Of a stretch of 64,000 nt of DNA, positions 59,849-64,000 are shown piece after piece. The notes beneath the pieces are model-generated. The model was not told the origin of the DNA. It did not search any database and was given only the letters and a program-made list of their open reading frames with translations. Both the position numbers and the translations under genes were made by a program. The stretch comes from Parcubacteria group bacterium (GTDB lineage: Bacteria; Patescibacteriota; Minisyncoccia; Phycocordibacterales; Phycocordibacteraceae), in the NCBI GenBank assembly GCA_028286615.1, contig JAQBRG010000003.1, forward strand, positions 13,125-77,124. The letters run 5' to 3'. The first letter of the stretch is position 1; each line of letters begins with the position of its first letter.

Positions 59849-60458
59849 TTAAGACGCGTAAAGAGCCTTCTCTTGAGAACGCTTTTTAAGCCACGCGAGC
59901 GTAGCGCCCAAAGCACCAATGGCTGTAGCGGCGGTAGCAATAGCTAATCCTCCATTTGCCATGTCCTGACCAATAGTCTGCCATTGATTTGTAAGCGCTT
60001 CCTGCATATCCATAGCAGCATCTAACGTCCTGCCCTTCTCAGCTGCAAATGCGCCTCCAAGAACTGTTGCAAGGCCTCCTGACAAACCAAGCATAAAGGT
60101 CATGTGGAGCGCGTGCTTAGTTTTTTCATATGCAGCGTCTATCTTTGCACGCGTAAGGAGCGATGTAGATTTGGATTCCTCTTGTGCTGGACTAGCTAGG
60201 CGAGACTCGGCTTCCTGCATGATCTCGCTGTTCTGCTGAAGATTTACACCTAGTCTCTGTTCTTCTGCTGCCACCTCTTCCATAACCTCAGCGTGACGTT
60301 CTGGCGTTAAAGCAGCTGGTTCCGAAGTTTCTGCTGCAATCTCAGTATTGCTATCCAGGTTCTCAATGGCAGCCTGTGCTTCTGATATTTCTTGTGGATT
60401 TAATGCGCGAGCTTCTCCGTCAGGAACAGAATCGAACTTTGGTGTACTTTCGCTCATA
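59849..60458 (-). CDS. protein with an acidic N-terminal region and C-terminal glycine-zipper hydrophobic segments (start probably MSESTPKF)
   Basis: GLSGGLATVLGGAFAA and GGLAIATAATAIGALGATLAWL GxxxG-type zippers are present. Confidence 0.4.
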
Positions 60459-60719
60459 TATATTGGGTTATGTAGAAAGACTATCATGATTCCTTCAGAA
60501 TCAACTCTTTGGTAGGACGTCTGGGGATAGTACAAAACCTCCAAAAAGTGGTTTTTAAAGCTTCTAATTTTGATGGTCATTGGTGCACCTCCCTCATCCA
60601 ATCGCAGCCTATACATTTCCTTAGGCTAGTTGATTCGTGGAATGGTCTGAAGGGTTGAAATTGCCCTTCGGAGCCTAGAGACTCTCGGAGATTAGAACCT
60701 ATACCTTCGAATGTTTTCT

Positions 60720-61298
60720 TTATCCATTCGTTCTGGAGGATAGACGAAGCGATTCAGGTAGATACTGATCGATTTCAGCATCAGACCAGGTAAACTGCTC
60801 ACCGCCAGGTGTGCCAGCCGTGTTCAAGCGCGTTTGAGCCTCGATATATTCCTTAGGACCAGTTTGAGGGGCGAGGTCGGATATGACTTGATATTCCGCT
60901 TGCAACGAATCGCGCCGCGCAGACACAGCATCTTGGGTTGCTCTGTCGTTCATAATATCAACGATCAGGGAGCGGTACTTGTCTCTCAACTGCATGTATT
61001 TCAAGGCGGAATTCTTGTGCGAGACCGCGATCTGGTCAAAGTTAAAGGTCAACTGAACGATGAGGAAGAGAATCTCAAATGATGCAACGGCTGAGCCGAT
61101 ATAAGAGAAAACAAAATTTGAAGGGTTCCCCACCTGTAAAAGCAGCATAAGTAGCGCAACAGCGGTGATTCCGATGTTTGCAATCTTTACATGCTTACCC
61201 CATTTACCCGCATTCTCAGCAGCAACCTCCTGCACCTTGTGCGAAAAGACGCTATTTGCGAACGACTGCCTAACGATTGAAAGATTTCTGGTATCCAT
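60720..61298 (-). CDS. SLATT-like 2TM effector protein (start probably MDTRNLS, directly after the nucleotidyltransferase stop)
   Basis: A short N-terminal region is followed by two TM helices (IANIGITAVALLMLLLQV; FVFSYIGSAVASFEILFLIVQLTF), then a helical C-terminal domain. It is operonic with the upstream CD-NTase-like gene. Confidence 0.55.
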   Translation of the reverse strand: MDTRNLSIVRQSFANSVFSHKVQEVAAENAGKWGKHVKIANIGITAVALLMLLLQVGNPSNFVFSYIGSAVASFEILFLIVQLTFNFDQIAVSHKNSALKYMQLRDKYRSLIVDIMNDRATQDAVSARRDSLQAEYQVISDLAPQTGPKEYIEAQTRLNTAGTPGGEQFTWSDAEIDQYLPESLRLSSRTNG

Positions 61299-61300
61299 AA

Positions 61301-62644
61301 TTATCCGATGGGAACGAAAACGTGTCCGGTGGCCACGCATTGTCCATTCTTAATCATATAGCATTCGACATAGTGTTCGCCATGGTAAAGAGTGCTTTCC
61401 TTCTTTGTCTCAGTTCCGTTATCATCTGTTATCTCACCACGCAAAGCGCCTAGGTTATTCGCTTCATTGCCGAAGTTTCTAACCTTCCACTTCACACTAT
61501 ACGGCGGCGGAACATTGTGAGAGGTAATCTGGAAGACTAGACTGGCGCTTTTTTGGATACGAAAACCGCGAATCTGAAATTCGCTAAGGAGCCAGTGATT
61601 CTTGCGCCAACCTTTCTGATTGACATTCACATCCACCGTGACCGAATACGTCGGATTAATGACGGTAGGAATTCCATATGTACGGTCAAGGAACTCCTCA
61701 CCAAACGAAGGGAACAAGGTCTGTAGTTTTGCGACAATCTGATGGAAGGAAACAGTGAGCGACTTAGTCACTTCAGCAGAAGGGAAATTATCGCCGAATA
61801 CCTTCCTCCATTCCATGGAGGCTTCGGGTAAATCTCCATTATTATCGAAATCTAGAGCTTTAGCCGCGCGCGCGCCGGCGGTCTCAACTCGACTCTGCCA
61901 TGCGTTACCGAGACTGATAGCTTCACCTGAAGCAGTGATGACAGTTCCATTCACACGAGTTAGCAAATACTCGAAAAATCCGTTCACGAGAATGGCGTAT
62001 CCTTTCCCCGATATCGCATCTCCTAGGGAGTCCAGATACTGCACAACCAACACCTCGATTACAAAGGACTTAATTGGAACACCGCAGTGGTCGGCCCACT
62101 TCTTGCAGAAGCGAACCAGGTCGAGCGTCTTACCTGTTTTCTTACTTGAGTCACGAATGTACTGCATCTCCCGTACCGGATCGTAGATTTGCCATGAGCC
62201 ACCATTCTCCGTGTCGGGAATCCGGAATGTGCCATCGACAAGTTTCCATGCCGGCAGGAGTTCGACGTTATGGGTGTTGTCTGCGAACTCGATAACCACC
62301 ACTTTACCGAAGGCCTTTATGACTTCGGTTGTCGTATACGTGCTCTTCAGGGCTGAGCGAATCTCTTGAAGAAGTTGCGATTGCTTATTCCCTGCGAGCG
62401 AATCGAATCGCTTAAATTCAGTTGCAGGCATTTGAAAGAGGATGTCGATATCTCGAGGAGGTCGAATATACGTTGCCTTTCCGTAGGAGCCGACAAGGAG
62501 TTTGGTTGAGCCGTCGTATGTCGTGTTCGGATAATAAGCATCATGCAATGCCTTAGAAACGCCGTTATATTTGCGTCGAGCATCTTCCTCTTGAACATCA
62601 GTTAGCCTGATGGTCTCTAGGAATTTCTTGAAGAGCGATTCCAT
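61301..62644 (-). CDS. SMODS/CD-NTase-type (cGAS/DncV-like) nucleotidyltransferase with a roughly 150-aa C-terminal beta-rich extension (possibly an AGS-C-type sensor)
   Basis: The pol-beta-type NTase motif VGSYGKATYIRPPRDIDILF (GS...DxD) is present, with a downstream acidic residue in VVVIEFADNTHNVELLP. The N-terminal helix is typical of the fold. Confidence 0.65.
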   Translation of the reverse strand: MESLFKKFLETIRLTDVQEEDARRKYNGVSKALHDAYYPNTTYDGSTKLLVGSYGKATYIRPPRDIDILFQMPATEFKRFDSLAGNKQSQLLQEIRSALKSTYTTTEVIKAFGKVVVIEFADNTHNVELLPAWKLVDGTFRIPDTENGGSWQIYDPVREMQYIRDSSKKTGKTLDLVRFCKKWADHCGVPIKSFVIEVLVVQYLDSLGDAISGKGYAILVNGFFEYLLTRVNGTVITASGEAISLGNAWQSRVETAGARAAKALDFDNNGDLPEASMEWRKVFGDNFPSAEVTKSLTVSFHQIVAKLQTLFPSFGEEFLDRTYGIPTVINPTYSVTVDVNVNQKGWRKNHWLLSEFQIRGFRIQKSASLVFQITSHNVPPPYSVKWKVRNFGNEANNLGALRGEITDDNGTETKKESTLYHGEHYVECYMIKNGQCVATGHVFVPIG

Positions 62645-63039
62645 GGCGTCTTCATTTTACGCCTCCTCGTGGTAGACGGCTACCTACCTGTTTTTAGGTT
62701 CTAAGTATCGTAGGGTTCCGGGAATATTAGAACCTTTAACGAATAAGGAAGTAAAACACGAAAACTCCCTTTCAAGAGTTTCGTGAACGAATGTGGACTC
62801 CCTTAGAGTTAATATGAACCAAATAATACCTGAATTGAAGCTCTACATGGACCTAATGATGTTTGAGCGAGAGTTGACCGCTAGAATTTAATAGATATCG
62901 TATTTATCGCATTATCGTTTTGTACCCCCCGGGGGGTGCCCGTAGGCCATTTTTCTTACCCCCAGCCTTACGGGATTAGGCTAATTTAAATATCTGTCAT
63001 AAAACCATTTGAGAGTTTTAAGCTAGTTCCACATTAAAT

Positions 63040-63453
63040 TCACTCTCCTTTCTTTAGTACCAGAGTTTGAAATTTCAGCCAAACATCTTCACTTGAGCCA
63101 TCGATGATCCTTTTCAGACACCAGCTGTAAGGAAATATGACACTGTCATCAGATAGAAAGTAGGGGAAAGAATCTTTACCTGACTCCTCCGAATCTCTTT
63201 GCCAATATCCTTTTTCAAGATTCCTTTCAATAACTGAAATAACATAAGCTGCAAACTCTAGAGCGATACCTCTTACCCCCTCTTCTTGCTTATCTTTTTT
63301 ATAGTCCTTATGAATTACACCCAAAATAACTTCTATTTGTTTTACTGACTCTATCGAGAAATCCAATTTAATATTACTTCCCGCGGCAATTTGAATTGCT
63401 AGGTCGGTAAGTTCATTTTGAAGTTTTGAGAGCTTAGCGGCGGTCGTTTTCAT
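63040..63453 (-). CDS. hypothetical protein in an AT-rich island (start probably MKTTAAK)
   Basis: ORF only; by eye well below the window average in GC. Confidence 0.35.
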   Translation of the reverse strand: MKTTAAKLSKLQNELTDLAIQIAAGSNIKLDFSIESVKQIEVILGVIHKDYKKDKQEEGVRGIALEFAAYVISVIERNLEKGYWQRDSEESGKDSFPYFLSDDSVIFPYSWCLKRIIDGSSEDVWLKFQTLVLKKGE

Positions 63454-63479
63454 TACTTTATACTTAAACAACGAAGATG

Positions 63480-63758
63480 TTAAATATTTATAAGTCCACA
63501 AATATTAAGAAGTGAAGCTATACCTATTAAAATAAAGACCACTCCTATCATTCGAGAGAAAAAGAACATGGACGGCTTACCCATTTCCTTTGCCTGCTTC
63601 TTAAAAAGAATGAAATGGGTTTTTCTGTAAAGAGATTCTAAACCTTTAATATTTCCTGCGACAAATTGGCGAGTGAAAAATGCTGCAAATACACCTAGAA
63701 CCAGAGCTCCAGCTGACCAGAAAATATTGTAGACTGTTACAATATTCTCCATTATCAA
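63480..63758 (-). CDS. small 2-TM membrane protein in the AT-rich island
   Basis: Two hydrophobic helices. Confidence 0.35.
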   Translation of the reverse strand: MIMENIVTVYNIFWSAGALVLGVFAAFFTRQFVAGNIKGLESLYRKTHFILFKKQAKEMGKPSMFFFSRMIGVVFILIGIASLLNICGLINI

Positions 63759-63762
63759 TCCA

Positions 63763-64000
63763 CAACCTCTTCTCTATAATCTTCAGCAAGACATTCAAAT
63801 GTCCCCTCTTTCATAAAGAAGGCATAATGTTTCAAACTCGGATTACTTAATTCAGTTTTTTCTCCCTGGATATAAAATTGATTTAAATATTCTAAAGGAG
63901 CATTTTTAATTTCATAGAAGGAATGCCACTCAATTTCTGGGTAATCATTAATATTCCAAAAGCCATCATTATATTTATAGTAGCCCTCGTCATTAGGGGA
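63763..64000 (-). CDS. 3' fragment of a CDS running off the window end (AT-rich island)
   Basis: An open frame on the minus strand to the window edge, ending ...FECLAEDYREEVVD*. Confidence 0.3.

Overview
Scope and limits: no searches or computations were run. All functional calls rest on motifs read directly from the translations. All composition statements are by eye.

Broad character: a gene-dense bacterial chromosomal window of about 47-48% GC, with almost every gene on the minus strand. The gene content and style are consistent with a small-genome, Patescibacteria/CPR-like organism. Pointers to that are free-standing homing endonucleases, a sigma-r4/HARE-HTH protein, a truncated AlaRS, and a ribosomal operon lacking the usual map/adk/secY neighbours.

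Housekeeping backbone, in coordinate order:
- tRNA-Tyr(GTA)
- tyrS, ileS, leuS, alaS
- grpE-dnaK-dnaJ
- a ribosomal/RNA-polymerase block: infA-rpmJ-rpsM-rpsK-rpsD-rpoA-rplQ-rplM-rpsI
- ung, mnmA, ychF
- a complete F1Fo ATP synthase operon, atpB-E-F-H-A-(cupin)-G-D-C
- mltG

Accessory and unusual content:
- A LAGLIDADG homing endonuclease sits between tyrS and tRNA-Tyr.
- Two tandem SET-domain proteins lie next to an orphan sensor histidine kinase.
- A GTP cyclohydrolase II-HAD fusion is co-oriented with ileS, a TauD-like dioxygenase, a DUF62-like SAM hydrolase and an ABC exporter.
- LeuRS carries an inserted NUDIX-box domain.
- An accessory patch lies between grpE and the ribosomal operon: GC-rich secreted genes, a dinJ-yafQ toxin-antitoxin pair and an HNH-AP2 endonuclease.
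- A nuclease cluster (Cas4-like Fe-S PD-(D/E)XK nuclease plus ATP-cone/Mrr-like endonuclease) sits next to ung.
- Most notably, near the right end there is a two-gene CBASS-like cassette: a SMODS/CD-NTase-type nucleotidyltransferase with a C-terminal extension, coupled to a SLATT-type 2TM effector. It is followed by a sharply AT-rich island of small genes.

No rRNA and no CRISPR array were seen.
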